DNA of 62,119 nt, the filler included, from Bipalium vagum (taxonomy: Eukaryota), in assembly GCA_037834085.1 (NCBI GenBank). It is 3 parts of 3 records of this genome, joined end to end, with 100 filler letters (N's around TTAATTAATTAA, not from the genome) between each part and the next. Parts side by side here need not be neighbours in the genome. Positions count along the whole stretch, not along the records: positions 20,080 to 46,267 come from JBBMKC010158002.1; positions 46,368 to 62,119 come from JBBMKC010147980.1; 1 more part is not named here. The stretch is one strand, 5' to 3'. Under the pieces are notes generated by a model. That model was not told the DNA's origin. It ran no database searches and saw only the letters and a list, made by a program, of their open reading frames with translations. Both the position numbers and the translations under genes were made by a program. Positions 38,692-52,561 of the stretch are shown one piece after another. Each line of letters starts with the position of its first letter. Within the stretch, counting starts at the first letter, position 1.

Positions 38692-41600
38692 TCACTTGAA
38701 ATGCTGCAGAACTAAGATGTTCATAGAACTCTTGGGGAGCTGATAATTTTCAAGTTCTGACATAAATTCCTGGTCGAAGTAATCTTCCAATTCATTGATA
38801 TGTTTAATGCTTTTACCATCACAATCATCTTCCATGAAATACTCATCAATTAACGAAGAATTATTCCTGGTCATTTTTCTCGAACTTTCGTCATCGGAAT
38901 AGTTTTTACTATTGTCTCTCATTTTAGTTTTAATATTTTGACATTCTTCTTGTGATAAAGAGATTTGAGCAGCATTGACATAATCTTGAAAACCCGGTTT
39001 TTTCTCAACATTTCTTTTGATTCTAGGAGGAATAGGAGGTTTTGTTATTTCATTACTTGTGATTGGTATCCTTGACAATTTGGAATAGGAATTAGTCTTT
39101 TGGACTTCTGATGTTTTGAGTTTATTTGACTTAGACATTAAAATTGAGTTTGTAGGTTTTCTGTAAGGGTTACCATTCTTAGGCTTATCCCGTTCTTTAC
39201 TTAAACATTGATTGGATATTTTGGTCAGAGTCTCGGATTTCTGGAAAATTAATTTATCTTTAAGGATTTGCGAATTGACAGGTTTTTCCGGATCAGTTAA
39301 ACAAACGTTCACTGATTTTGGTCGAACTCGAGGAGGAACAATTCTACTTTTTTTAGAAGATCTAATCTAAAATTCCAAATGGAATACTATTTCATTGCAA
39401 CAATAAATTACTTCAATTTTTCTCTCCCTTTCGTGTACATGTTCTATTAACGGTGGTAAGGAGGAGATATGTTTAGATTCGTTCTAGAAATAAAAAGGTT
39501 TTAGTTATCTACGTGTTACTAACCTGAACTTTCAAAAAACCATGGTCTTACATTTTTATAATATTTTCAGTGTTATTGACTGGGTATTTCCAAAAGATAA
39601 AAATATTTATTATGTTATTATTATTAAAAAACTAATAGAAGGAAGAATATTTTAAGAAATTCATCAATAATTAAAATATTTTTTAAAAAGATTTCTTTTG
39701 CTTTGCGTTTTTAGAAAAAAATTGAATGCTTCAAATGAAATTATAATTTAAGAAGTCTATCTAGTGACTTTAGAGTCTTAGAAGAAAACGTATATTGTAA
39801 TATTTTATCTGAATTAATAAATACAATTTTTATTATTAATATTAAAACAATAATATTATTATTTCAACACCAATAGTAATACTCAATATTAAAATATCTA
39901 CAATATTAAAGGATCTACAAGTTAAAAAGGTGCCTATTTTAAATATTATTACAAATAAAAAGATTGATAAATTAAATGTGTTTATACAACATAAAACTAA
40001 AAATTATTCTGTGAAATATTCTCCATCATTCTCGATGCATTTTAAACATTTTCAGATATCTGGTGTATTCCGGTATGGAAAAAAAGATGACGATTTAGAA
40101 TCTATATAATTGGAGATAAATTTTTGAACATGATCAATCATTTTGAACTGCGAATCAGACAGGTGATATTGAAACCGAAGACGGTTTACCTAGAAAAACC
40201 CAATATTTTTTCGTTTTGGATTATCGTAATATACCTATTTTTCATTTCCAGTAACGATCTTGTTGCAAAGTCTTTTTAAAATCTTATTAGCAGGGATACT
40301 GCATTTTTCCATAGTCTTTCTTTTTCTCTGGAGTAAGGCTAGAAGGTACAAATCAAAAAATTCCTGAATCCTTCCTAGTTGTTTGATGTGTAATTCAAGA
40401 TACACAGTGACTCTTGCTTGCATGTGACATGATTTTTAAACCATCAATTTTTTAGGATCGTCATTTACCATTTTTTGATTGACTAAGATATCTGTTTGAT
40501 CCAAATTTCCGCTGATTTTTTATTGGTTAAACGATTTTGTTAATATTTTATAACTCACTTTGTTTTCACCTAAAGCAGAAATAACGTTATATCTAACACC
40601 ATATTATGTTTTCTTCAATTGGAAGTCAAATAATAAACAATGTCTTATACATTTTTTTGAATGTCATGAATTTTCACTCTGTTTGAAATATTAAAACAAA
40701 AAAATTTATAAATATATGTTAATTAGTGACTATCTTTAATTTAAAATTTTTTCATTTAAGTAAAGAATTTTGGTTAAATTGTGACTAAATAGGCACTTTT
40801 TCAAATTGCATCTCCAGTTTTTTATTATATAAAATATTTGATTTCAATTATTATCGACATAATCTGTCATTTTGTAACAAGACATTTAAACTTTTTCTCA
40901 TAGAACAAAAAGGATTTATGAAAAAAATTGTTTTGATTTTTTTCATCTCATCTTAATTGAGAATTTATCACAAAAGTGTTGGAATAGTCAGAGTAAGTAA
41001 ATCTTTTTAAACGTGATATCTGGTCTATATATATTGTTAATCACTATTTCCTATTCATGGTATTTTAATTTCTTAGATATAATTTTCAAAATTTTTTATG
41101 GAATAAAATGTTTTTACTGGGCATGTAAGTTTCAGAGCTCCAAATTTTCTTTGAAAAAGGCATGCTTCAATCTGATGACATGGAACATTAAAAATTTACT
41201 TTTGAAGAATTATCCTTGTAAGACGTTTTCATACACTTCTGCTGAATTCTTGTTTCTCCATATCTTATAGTTATGCTTGCGAACATAACAAAATAAGTGG
41301 AAAAAGAATTCATCGAAAAAACTATTAGTTTTTTTAAAGATGGTTTATATAGACAGAACAACGTGTCCTCAGTTGTTTAGACGTACAGTTCGTCTTCATA
41401 AAAGTATTGCTGCATTTAATTTCTATGATTTAACAGATAAAGCAGTAAATATAATTCCAAATGGTCGACCATTTCAATTTCATCAAAAATTTGTCTCAAA
41501 GTAGACTTAGACATCTCGTTCAAAATTACTTTGATTTGAGATTTTTTTTCTTTTAAGAATTTGTTTAACCTTCCAAACTTGGGCTGATCTGCAATCGATC

Positions 41601-44521
41601 CAGTTTCAAAAAAGCACTTGTAAATTGTTTTAATTGTCAGTCGGGTTAGATTTTCATGTATTCTTAATCTTTCAGATCTATTTGAACTTAAATGTACAGT
41701 TGATTCAGATTTTGCGGAAAGAATCACAATCAAATTGTTATTTCATTTGAAAGAATTATGATGTTTATGCTTAAATTGATGAATTAAAACTAACTTAAAT
41801 ATTTGTTATTAAAAATGTAAAAACACTTGAAAATTATTTATATTTTCAATTGATGACTTTAAAATTGTAAAGTGACTTATTTAACGCATGCTATATGTAT
41901 TTTGTAATAGTATTAAAAGAAAAATCGAAGTTGTCGGTGAATTATGATCAACTCTGTATACCAATGATATCCCATGAAATACACTCCATAAGTTTCTTGG
42001 GATGTAAGTGTGGATTTGGCCTTAGTCTGAGAGTATGTTTATATAAAAATATATAGCCTCAAATAGTTTTCATCAACATTTAATGTTTTTAATCGTTTTT
42101 AATTTTTTATTAAAATAAATTGAAGTAATTCTCACACTTGTCTTTGACTCTTGTGGTGATGTACACTAAATTATTTCCAGAAAGCCAGGCAATCAACAAA
42201 TATTATTACATGGAAGTTTTGAAACCTTTACATAAGGTATTCATCGAAAGCTGAAAGATTTATGGAAAGAAATCCAAGGATTTTGCATCATGATAATGCA
42301 CCATCACATAATGCTATATTTGTGCGCTAGTTTTTGACAAATAAATAAATATCATTCAACAAGCTCTATTTATTACAAATATGGTCCCATGTGATTTCTT
42401 TCTCATTCCAACAATAAAATTATTGCTGTGCGGAGTGATTTCAGTCGATTGATTATGTAGCAGAAATTCGCTTCAGAAGGTGAAAGAGATGATTGGGTTA
42501 AGTGTTAACATATGATTATCGAATCAGATGGGGTCCAGTTTGAAGGTGATAAAATAAAACTGGATGCTTAGTTAAATTATTTAGCCTTATTTAAAAACCC
42601 CGATTAGTTTTCTAACAGAATGTATGGTTTTTGTGAAATTAAAAATATAGAGAAATATATATCTTTGGAGAAAATATTGATAAAAAGTAATCTTGCAAAA
42701 CTATTTGGCTTACACTATAAAAATGTAACCAAAAAAAATGAAAAACATTTGAAAAGAAAAAATCTATTTCAGCAACAAAAAATAATAAATTATATATTAC
42801 ATTTTGTATTTTTAAAATTTCGATTATTTAAGTTCAATCAAATTACCTTTATGGGTTTGTTAGGATGTCCATAATTCAATGTCTTCCTTAATGGTAAGAT
42901 TTTGTTATTCATAAGCAAAGATGGTAATTCATCGTCTTCGAAATCTGAATCAATACAAAATCGAGTTCCATAGAGTTCCGTGTCAGAGAATACTTGCTGT
43001 TCTTCTTCAAACCCTGAATGAGTTTCTCTTTGCTTTTGTTGTCTATAACGAATCTTTCCATTGTGCAGTTTTGTTTCTAAATCAACACTATAGTTGACAA
43101 CGAATGTGTAAACTGTAAAGATTCTTTTTGATTTTCCACGCGATTTTTGTAAATGCTTCGCAAGAATAAAATATCTCTCTTTTTTATCTCTACAAAATTT
43201 AACTTGATAAATAAAATAAATAAATCAAAGTTGACAATAATTTACAGATTTTAGAAAGAATTAGATGATTAAATTAAGCTAAGTTTTCTATTTTCTATTT
43301 TGTTTTCTATTATATTCTTTTTTCATTGGAAAAATAAGAATATTTTATAAAATATCAGGAAAACGTTATGTAAAACGTCTCATTCCAGTAGATCTTTATC
43401 AGAAAATTTGCAGATCTGTATAACCAAGATTACAGAAATCAATAGATGCCCAAGGAAGGCAAACTAAACTATTTTAATATATTTTTAATTAAATTTGTTG
43501 AGTCCCTTTTTATTCGAATAGGTTTTGTACAAAAAACTCTAATAAATTCGGTTAAAATTAGTTGATTATTTTTGCCTTAAACGCGTATACATACATATAT
43601 ATTTTTGAAACACTCTATATATTCTAATATATATAATAATAAATAAATAGAAAATCTGATTGCATTTAATTTGTTTAAACCTACCTATACCAATTATTCA
43701 ATATTTCCAATTTTTTCCGATCATAAATATTCTGGTTCATTTAAAATAAACAAAAATTAACGAATAATATTAATAAATTCTTCATATTTTTATTAATATC
43801 GTAATCTTTAATTAACAGCCTTTGGGATATTTATTCATTCTTATGACTAAAGTTTCTGTGGGTATAATTATTTTTCGATTAATTATATTTTTCAATATTT
43901 AAAAAATTTTCTACAAAAATAATTATAAAATAATTTTTACCATAAATATTAAATTCTCTTTAAATATTGAAAATTAAATATCAATTAAAACAAAATAATT
44001 AGACTTTTTTTAATATTTTCTTTAATTTTAATTTGAAAAACCAAACATTCATTTAATCAACTCGATATTAAAATATGATTGCTTTGCAAAATAATAATTA
44101 AATTAAAACAAAATTACAGGAAAACTGCTACGGTTTTAAGAGTGGAATCTAAAATGGACATGGAATCGTTAATATTCATTGTTCCATCGTGAGAAGTTGA
44201 ATAGTAGCCGTCGTCCTTTTGGAAATTGTTATGCATGTCACTTGAGATTGTATCATATTGAAAACATGTGCAATTGCTCTCTATGGGAAAACTGGCATGA
44301 TTGTTTAACATGTTTTCATTCATTGTTTCATGGTTCTCTGTGAAGAGGTAAGCTGGAGCAGTCACTGGATCAGTTTTCTCTTCCATCAAACAAATGAAAC
44401 CAACTGACAAATCAGTCATGGGTGAAGTTGTCAAGAATTCATTGTTGGTAGTAAAGTCGATTTTGTAATAATCCTTGTCTTTTCTGTCGAAATTTATGGG
44501 ATCTTCCCAATGTTCAGAAAT
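38692..44521 (-). CDS. Unidentified multi-exon gene, low-complexity product
   Basis: Open GT-AG-bounded exons 44521-44118 and 43189-42847 (phase-compatible), 39483-39412 and terminal 39366-38692 (225 codons). Intermediate and 5' exons unresolved; could be two genes. Confidence 0.6.
41350..41880 (-). mobile_element. Tc1-like transposase 5' remnant
   Basis: TIKTIYKCFFETGSIADQPKFGRL matches the Tc1 HTH/GRPR region. Confidence 0.6.
42130..42615 (+). mobile_element. Mariner 3' remnant
   Basis: ILHHDNAPSHNA and MVPCDFFLIP motifs. Confidence 0.75.
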
Positions 44522-44652
44522 CTAAAAAAATTGAACAATTATTGGAACATTTAAAATATTAATATGGTTAAGTTATCACCAAAGCAAGAATGAAGTGGTT
44601 ATTTTATAAATTTATATTCCTCCATTCAACGAAGTGATTAAGGACTTATAGC

Positions 44653-45012
44653 TATTAGGTCTACAAATATGACTCCGCTGTTTTTATTTTTTATAATTAA
44701 AATTAAAATGAAATTATTTTTTTGTATATTTGTTGTTTAAATAATGTTCATTTTGAGCGCTAATTATAATAATATAATAATTTTTAAAATAGTTTGCACA
44801 TCATTAATTATGTGCAATGTCAACATAATTAATGATGTGACAACATTTGTGCCGGAAAATAACCATTTGCGGGAAGCTTTATTATTTTTATTTAATTTAA
44901 AGAAAAATGCTGCCGAACCATATAAATTACTAGTACAGGCTTATGGCAACAATTCTTTAGCTGAAAGAACATGTCGGGAATGGTTTCAAAAATTCAAAAC
45001 GGGCAATTTTTA
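44653..45012 (+). mobile_element. Mariner 5' fragment (TIR plus N-terminal HTH)
   Basis: TATTAGGTCTACAAATATG terminus; HLREALLFLFNLKKNAAE...AYG..SLAERTCREWFQKFKTGNF is a Mos1-like HTH. Confidence 0.85.
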
Positions 45013-46198
45013 ATATATATGTTACTTACAGATTTCTACATCCGTAATGACTTGCTATTAATATAATATAAATATATCTTAATAGGTTTGATAAAATTCT
45101 TTCAGCTGAGTGTGTTTATCACTTCGTAACAGGAAAATTTAGGTCAATAAATCAAATAATGACTTTGAACCATTTTAATATTCATACTATACGATTAATT
45201 AGGTATGAACTGGATATTTTACGTAAAGCAAATGAACAGGATCATCAATCACATTATTATTTATTTATTTTTGTTCTTTTCTATATTTTCCTGGCCATTC
45301 TCGATAATCTGTGGTTGTTAATATAATCTTTTGCAATATAATATTTTTCTGTTGAAATTCAATCTGTTTGTGTTTGCAAACAGAAAAATTGTAGAGGAGA
45401 TTTTATAAGACTTGTTTCATTCTGTAAAGAATTTATGAAAATAGTTAACAAAAAAGGAATATATTTGTTTGGTAAAAAAATAAATTACTTTTCGGTGATG
45501 ATGAACTTACTGCAATCCGTTACAAGGAATTTAATTCTACCTAATCAAAGAACCATTTTGAAGTTAGTGAGGATTAATCAGAATGAATACAAAAAGACCC
45601 GTAGACATTGTACAACATATGATAATTCATTCATAATTCCACAACACATTTCATAGAAAAACCAGATTCATTGATTATATTTTTCAATTTTAAACTTGGC
45701 TTTAAAATAAGAATAAAAATTATTTCTTACTCAGGTATGTGTACTTTTTATAATAATTAATAATCTTTCAGCTTTAATTACCGTTTTGTCATTGTTAATA
45801 TCAGAGGTTCTACTGCACTTATATTTTTCAGAAAAATAATTAATTTATCGATTTTATTTTAATAAAAATTAAACATGTAAAACCATATTGAAAAAATTAA
45901 TCTTTTCTTCCTTCATTTTTTCTTCAATTTCTTTCTCACTCATGCGATTAAGAAAATTCCATTCGTGGAATCATAGCTACATAACTTTAAAGTTCATCTA
46001 TAAAGTCAATATTCATCTTAAAGTATTACGAAATTGATTTTCCTGATATATTTATTTAATATTCATTCATGAAAGCAAATTTAAGTTTCTCCAATGACTC
46101 AGTTGCAGGCCAGTTCATTTGGAGCCATCTTAAGTGACTGCCAAAAATGTATAATATTCTAAAATGTTCTTTTCAAATGAATCAATATAGAAAATTTC

Positions 46199-46267
<69 letters not shown>
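46199..46267. repeat. (AAT)n microsatellite at contig end
   Basis: Pure AAT run abutting the spacer. Confidence 0.95.
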
Positions 46268-46367
46268 NNNNNNNNNNNNNNNNNNNNNNNNNNNNNNNNN
46301 NNNNNNNNNNNTTAATTAATTAANNNNNNNNNNNNNNNNNNNNNNNNNNNNNNNNNNNNNNNNNNNN
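46268..46367. other. Artificial assembly spacer (N44-TTAATTAATTAA-N44)
   Basis: Same 100-nt structure as at 19980. Confidence 0.97.
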
Positions 46368-48318
46368 AAGTTGATTTTTAAAAAAGTTATGACTTCTTAA
46401 AGTATATGGTTATAAACCGCAATTACTCTTTTGGAAACCTAATAGTAACAATATTCTTAAATAATTCAATTTTGCTTAATTTGAAATATATAATCATATT
46501 TCAAACTATTTATGACAAACGATTAAAATAAATATTCTATTTTTTATTATTTATATTATTTCCATTATTTAAATTATTATATTCTTATTTATAAATTTCT
46601 TAATTATAATTTATAATTTACTGTTAGTTTTTTATAAGTAAATATTTTTAATGATTTTTAATATAAAAATTGTTTTTGTTTTATACTAATAATATTAATA
46701 ATTATTATAAAATAATAAATATTTTTGTTTTTATTTTGTTTATTTTTCTTTTTGCCTATTTTAATTTTTATGGGAATTTTTTTGACATAAAAAATAAAAT
46801 AATAAAAACTCAATTAAACTTAATAATAGTATAACAAAAATATAATAATGCCACAAATAACCGAATATTATGATGATGATTGATTGACAACGAGCTTTAT
46901 CTCTTCACATATTAATTCTTACTATTTAATAAGTAGACTAAATAATTAAATTAAGATAATTTCCAAATAAAGTTAAAGGGTCGATCTATCGTTATACAGA
47001 CACACACAACTCCGATTGTTAATAGTGAAGTTAATAGTCATGAGCTAGTGACTACATACTTATTGGATTGAGTTCGTTCAGTTCCCCTTAAAAACTGGTG
47101 GTCATTCTAGAATTTAGCTCATCTGACAACCAAGTGAAGCAAAGCGCCTTTGGTGTGGTTATCTATCAGAAGGTTTGAACATAAAAATTGTTTATATGAA
47201 AACCCACATTTCTTTTAGATTTGTTTTTTATATGATTATCTACATTATATATAAAATATATAATAACAAAATTATTATTATTTGTCAAATTATTTATATT
47301 CTAAATAATGATAAAGTAATGTTTAATTTTAAAGGATTATTTACAAATAGCACCATACATACACACATACAACTTAGCTTCATTGTTATTACTGTAAATT
47401 GTAATTGCACAGTTTTATTTATAAGTAGTATATTCATGATGAAAAAATTAATTTTAATTATTTATATTTACATTTTAAAATTAATAAAGTATAACTTTAA
47501 TAATTATAGTATAACCAAGATGTTCGGAATGCTTAAATCATTAGTAACAATTTTTGCGAATAAATTTCGAATTCAAATGGAAGCACTGAAAATATTTGTC
47601 TACATTAAATATTTTAGAAATAATTGATTAATTGATAACAGAATAAATAATAAAATAAACGATATTTATTTTCACGAGTTCCAAAAAAGATCGATAAATA
47701 TATCGGAAATAATGCGAAGAATAAACAGTCTCAAAAATACAAAACAAAAGATCAGAAATGTAACATCAATGAGAAGTGAAAAAATAAAAAATCATTTTCA
47801 CCCACCAATAACGTATAAACCCAAAAATTGAAATTATAAAGTTCCAGCATTCTTCTACTATTTTGTCATTCATTGAAAATAACCCAAAACCCCAAAGAAT
47901 GCCCTAAAAATCAATCACAATGAAAATATTTCCCAGCGAAAACATTTGTGAAAAATTAATTATATTTTCGCAATTTTGTTGTTCGTGAGTGTGATTTATT
48001 ATTTATTTGTGATGATGTTCAGGAGGCAGGGGTGAAGGAGGCCGGCAAGTAAAAAAACTCGATCTAAAAACAAAAATCTAATGACGAAAACAATTATGAT
48101 TGTCCGAGAAAATGAAGTTAAAAGAAATCAATATTAACGAAACAAAATAATAGGAAAAGTTACAAATCCAAATGATAATAATTTATTCTCTCTTAATATT
48201 AATTTTGTTGATTCGCGGACTGTGCGTGCACACCCAAAACAACGTCTCGGTAGTATAATAATAATATCGATAATAAATATTGATTCTGATCGATACCGGA
48301 AAAATATCGACTACCCCT

Positions 48319-49533
48319 TCACCAGATTCGATTGTGAGCATAGTGTCGAGCCAGGCCCAATGAATAGTTGTAGTCGGTGGGTTTGGAATGGAAAGCTCTG
48401 TTGAAAGGTATTAGTTGTTTCAGATCCTCGTAATGAGGACGATGGTTGCCACTTAACAACGAACTACAAAAATAGAAAGGGATAAATTTTATAAAAAATC
48501 AATAATAGAAAATAATCACAGACCCCGGAAACGAAAGTCAAATGTTATACATAATCATTTTGAATATTATTACCTGTTTCTGTCGTACTGATTTGTATTG
48601 ATGACTTTGGGTAATATCTCCTTGACAATGACGACGTTGCCAGACTGATCGTTCTTCGGTTTGTTCCGCTGGTCTATCGTGAACTGAGATAAGTGATTGT
48701 CATTGGATTCTGGGGTACTGGAAGTGGTTCCAGTACGAAGTTGGTTAAGGTACCATTGATTCTGTCGAGTACCATCGCCCCGGGGCAACAACGGGGGATC
48801 TGAAGATGAAATTATCAATTTATCTACATTGTCGACAATTTTGAGCTTCAGCACTGGTGCTAAGGACAAGAACACCTACCCAAACCCGATGCATTGATTT
48901 TTACCGAAACATTCACCGGTGCCACATTGACATCTCGATCTCTCCGTTCATGGGATTGGTCGGTTGATATGATTTGTTCGGGCGACGCATAAGTCGATTT
49001 CAATGGTACGACCGAAATCGGTGTTTTGCGCTGTTCCAAAAGTCCAACGGTGGAATTCTGTCGACTGAAAAGTGAGAGATGATTAAAGATATATGATATT
49101 TTTATCAATAAAAAAAGTCGAATGAATCCATTACAGCTGATGTCGTGGAACTGCGGAATTGTTCGTCTGAAAAGTGAGCGTGCACAAAACATTTTGTCAA
49201 ACTCAATGAATTCTGTATAGAAATAATTTTACCGAAAATGGAGAAGACGTGCAATACTTGACAGTGTTTCTGGAATTTGCAGTTCTTGAGTCTGAGAATG
49301 GAATTAAATTAATGAATACTTTTTAAAAGCCGTAAAGGTTTTTATTACTCGGGAGATCTGAAAAAAATTTCTGAAACACAACGAAATTGTTAGACTGGCC
49401 AATCGGTTCTGTCAGTTGATAATGCTTAGCCAGAAATGAGAGGAATTTTGTAGAAGGCCGATCAATGGCCAAATTGTAAGGTTTTAAGTTCTCATTCTGT
49501 ATGAATTATTTTATTGTTAACGAGCATTTATAG

Positions 49534-49577
<44 letters not shown>

Positions 49578-51159
49578 ATTAATATAACAATGATACCATG
49601 ATGAGTTTATCAGATAAATGGCGAAAGGTTATCGAGTAAAATGAAACATATTTGATTCAATGAAGTTAATTTGTTAAAGGAAAAAAGTTTTTTGGTTTTT
49701 TAATTAAGAAACTGGGAAAACTCTGTAGGTCATATTAACATTAAGACATACCATACTAAAGAACTTTTACAAAAAACATTATTTAAGCTTCCATAATCTT
49801 TGCAATAGTTTAACAGTTTCATAAATATTCCATCATTTTCTTTTCTCTTTGAGAAAGCCAAACTACCACCATTACCTATAGTATTCATATTTTTCTATCA
49901 GACTCATACTGCAAGATAATAAATCAAAATTTCTTTTCCTTTTATTTGTATAATTATTGATTTAATTTAATTGATTTAATATAATTTATTAACTATTTAT
50001 GTTTATTAATTATTTATTTAATAAATTAATTTATTGTTCAAATTTTAAATTTTTAGGTTTTAAAATTATGAATGTATTGATCTTTATTAAATATTTTTAT
50101 CAATATATCTTTCTGGATTTAAATTTCAGTGTGACACGTTACCAAAATTCAATTAATGAGCTCTTTTTGAGACCATTTACGTTCCTTTTTATTTTAATCC
50201 ATTGATATTTTACAGAAAAATCGGTTTGAGTTGATTACTAAAAAATACTTCTGCAATTGTGCAGGGCTGTCCCCTCACATTTTCTGAAAAATTGTATTTT
50301 TCAGAAAATGTCTCATTGGTCAATATGTTATTCTAACAATTCATAGCTTGCAGTTTTATCAAGATTTGGCAGGTGCAATCAATAAAACGTTGAGATATGC
50401 CCACTGGGAAATGACTAATTCAATTTTTTTTAAAATGATTAAATTTCTAATCTAACGTTTTAGAAAGTATTAATTCATTTTTGATTTTTTCAATCTCTTT
50501 GTTCTTGAGCATAAATCACCGATTCAAAATATAATAAATTTAACGAAACATTCAATGACAACAGATTAAATTCTAATCATTTTTTTAAAAAAAGTAGTCT
50601 ATAATAAGCATTCATTAAAAAACGACACCTTGAGCATAAATTCAAATATCTGCTTCCCGTATCCCTGGCGTTGCTTGGTTTCATGGATGTAAAAGTCCAA
50701 AATGCACATTGGTGTGGTTTCAAAATGATTTCCCATTATGTCATATAGAAATAATTTCTTATATCCAACTTTTAACAAACCTACTACTTCTCCGTCATTG
50801 CTAATTGTTAAACAATAATACTGACAATAAGAAAAAATTAATAACTTATTCGATGAACTATTTTTAGAAATATATAATCTATGATCAGAGTTTTTCAATT
50901 TACTTCCAGTAGTTATTACAACTGGCAGGTTTTGAGCCAGCTTTGAAGCTTTACCCATTTCATCTATGATATAACTTAGTTTTTGTGAATTTTGAAGATT
51001 TCTAAAATTGTAAATTTCAAATTTTACATTTTTAAATAATTGAAATTACTTCACAGATTTTGCATCAACATTGTGATAATAGTAATCTAAATTTGATTTA
51101 TTGTCAATAATTTCAATTGAATTTCTTAAGATATCATTTACATTAAAATTAAATTGCAT
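48319..51159 (-). CDS. ATAT1: Alpha-tubulin N-acetyltransferase 1 (MEC-17)
   Basis: Exons 51159-51050, 51001-50846, 50800-50629, 49496-49349, 49291-49233, 49166-49135, 49064-~48880, 48859-48574, 48463-48319. Motifs [84 protein letters not shown]; ends RHYAHNRIW*. Confidence 0.95.
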
Positions 51160-51589
51160 TTTTAGTAATTTTAAATTTTTTTAACTGATTATGACTTTTA
51201 CTTAGGGAACATATCTTATTTGATACATTTAAACAAATTAATTTGACTTAATAGATCACTAAATTTTCTTTAAATGTTATTAATCACATAAATCCAAGTC
51301 AAGCTTTAATGTTTTATTATTATTACAATAAAAATATAATGATAAAATATAAATTTTTAAGTGAATTATAATATTTTTTATATATTTTAATTTTAAATTA
51401 AGTATGACAATTTTTAATTTGTAAATTCATTTCAAAAACTACCATTTTTTGGAAACATTATTATGTCTGTTATAAAAAATGGCTGAAAGATAAAGTGAAA
51501 TAAAATTATAATCTTAATAAAATTCAAATAACTAAAAATACTCGATTAATTAACATATATATAGTTAATATTTTAAAAATACTTAACTA

Positions 51590-52030
51590 AACATTCGCTC
51601 GATCTAACTCAAAAAATCTAATTGGTTGGATACTAAACGCAGAGCAATAAGCATTTAAGTCTAAATATTAATTTAAAATGCAATGAGAAATAACAATGTT
51701 CACGTCCACAATTTATGAAAAGAAATAATAAAAGAAAAGTGCAACTATTTCCCATGAAACCTCAGTGACGGAATAAACTATCACGTGATTCCGCGAATAC
51801 TTCATCCACCGAATATTTAATTAACGATAATTAACAAAACACGTCGATAAATGGAAAATGGTTCGATAGAAATATAACTCAAAAATCAAATAAATAATAT
51901 TCAGATGATTGAAAGCAAAAATGCAACGAAAATGTGGTGTTTGATAACCCTTGAGAAAAAATTTCCTTTTAAGATCTCCATGGCATATTATAGTCTCCGT
52001 CAATAGTTCACGACCTACATGTCACTATCA
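51590..52030. mobile_element. Possible LTR-retrotransposon integrase fragment
   Basis: Weak resemblance to integrase core motifs (e.g. ...IERMFS on the minus strand); heavily degraded. Confidence 0.3.
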
Positions 52031-52269
52031 AACCCATTGAATTTCTCCAAAATTAAAAAAGAAAGTGTTTAGTAACTTTAATGCTCAGTTTGTCATTCAA
52101 AATCAGAAATTATTTTGTTGAAGTCATGTATCTAAATAGTTTTAGATTGCCTAATGCAATTTCAAAACAATTTATTTAATATGAAAATCATAAAACCAAC
52201 ATCATTTTATATATATTAATAAACAACCAAACAAAATAAGAAAAACTAAAGCTAATAAAAATAACTACA

Positions 52270-52540
52270 TATTTACTCTTTTTGACACATGCCCTTACTG
52301 ATCAATGAAATAAAATTAGTTTTACCTTGATAACCTGGACAAATCGTCTAATCTCTGCTGCATAAATATGAAAAAGTGGTTGTATGGCGGATAGAACACA
52401 ACTTTCCAGCCGAATTCCTCGATTTTCGTCTGACATCTTTGCTTCATGTGGTTTAGAATTATCATGCAGCAATTTTCTCTTTTTTATATCAACTCCTGGA
52501 CGATAATGGACTTTTCATAGAAATCTGCTTGTGCTTTTAA
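52270..52540 (-). mobile_element. Mariner 3' remnant
   Basis: KLLHDNSKPHEA and LEEFGWKVV motifs. Confidence 0.7.
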
Positions 52541-52561
52541 ACTAAAAATGTTCAGCTAAAA

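Noticed and set aside
40235-40570. Stop-codon reassignment (TAA/TAG read as Gln) suggested by in-frame stops
   Set aside because: Beta-tubulin and MRPS36 end normally at TAA, and conserved exons contain no internal TAA/TAG.
47175-47627. 150-aa ORF, and similar ORFs at 38176-38598 and 49999-50205
   Set aside because: I/F/Y/K/N-rich translations expected by chance in very AT-rich UTR or intron DNA; no motifs.
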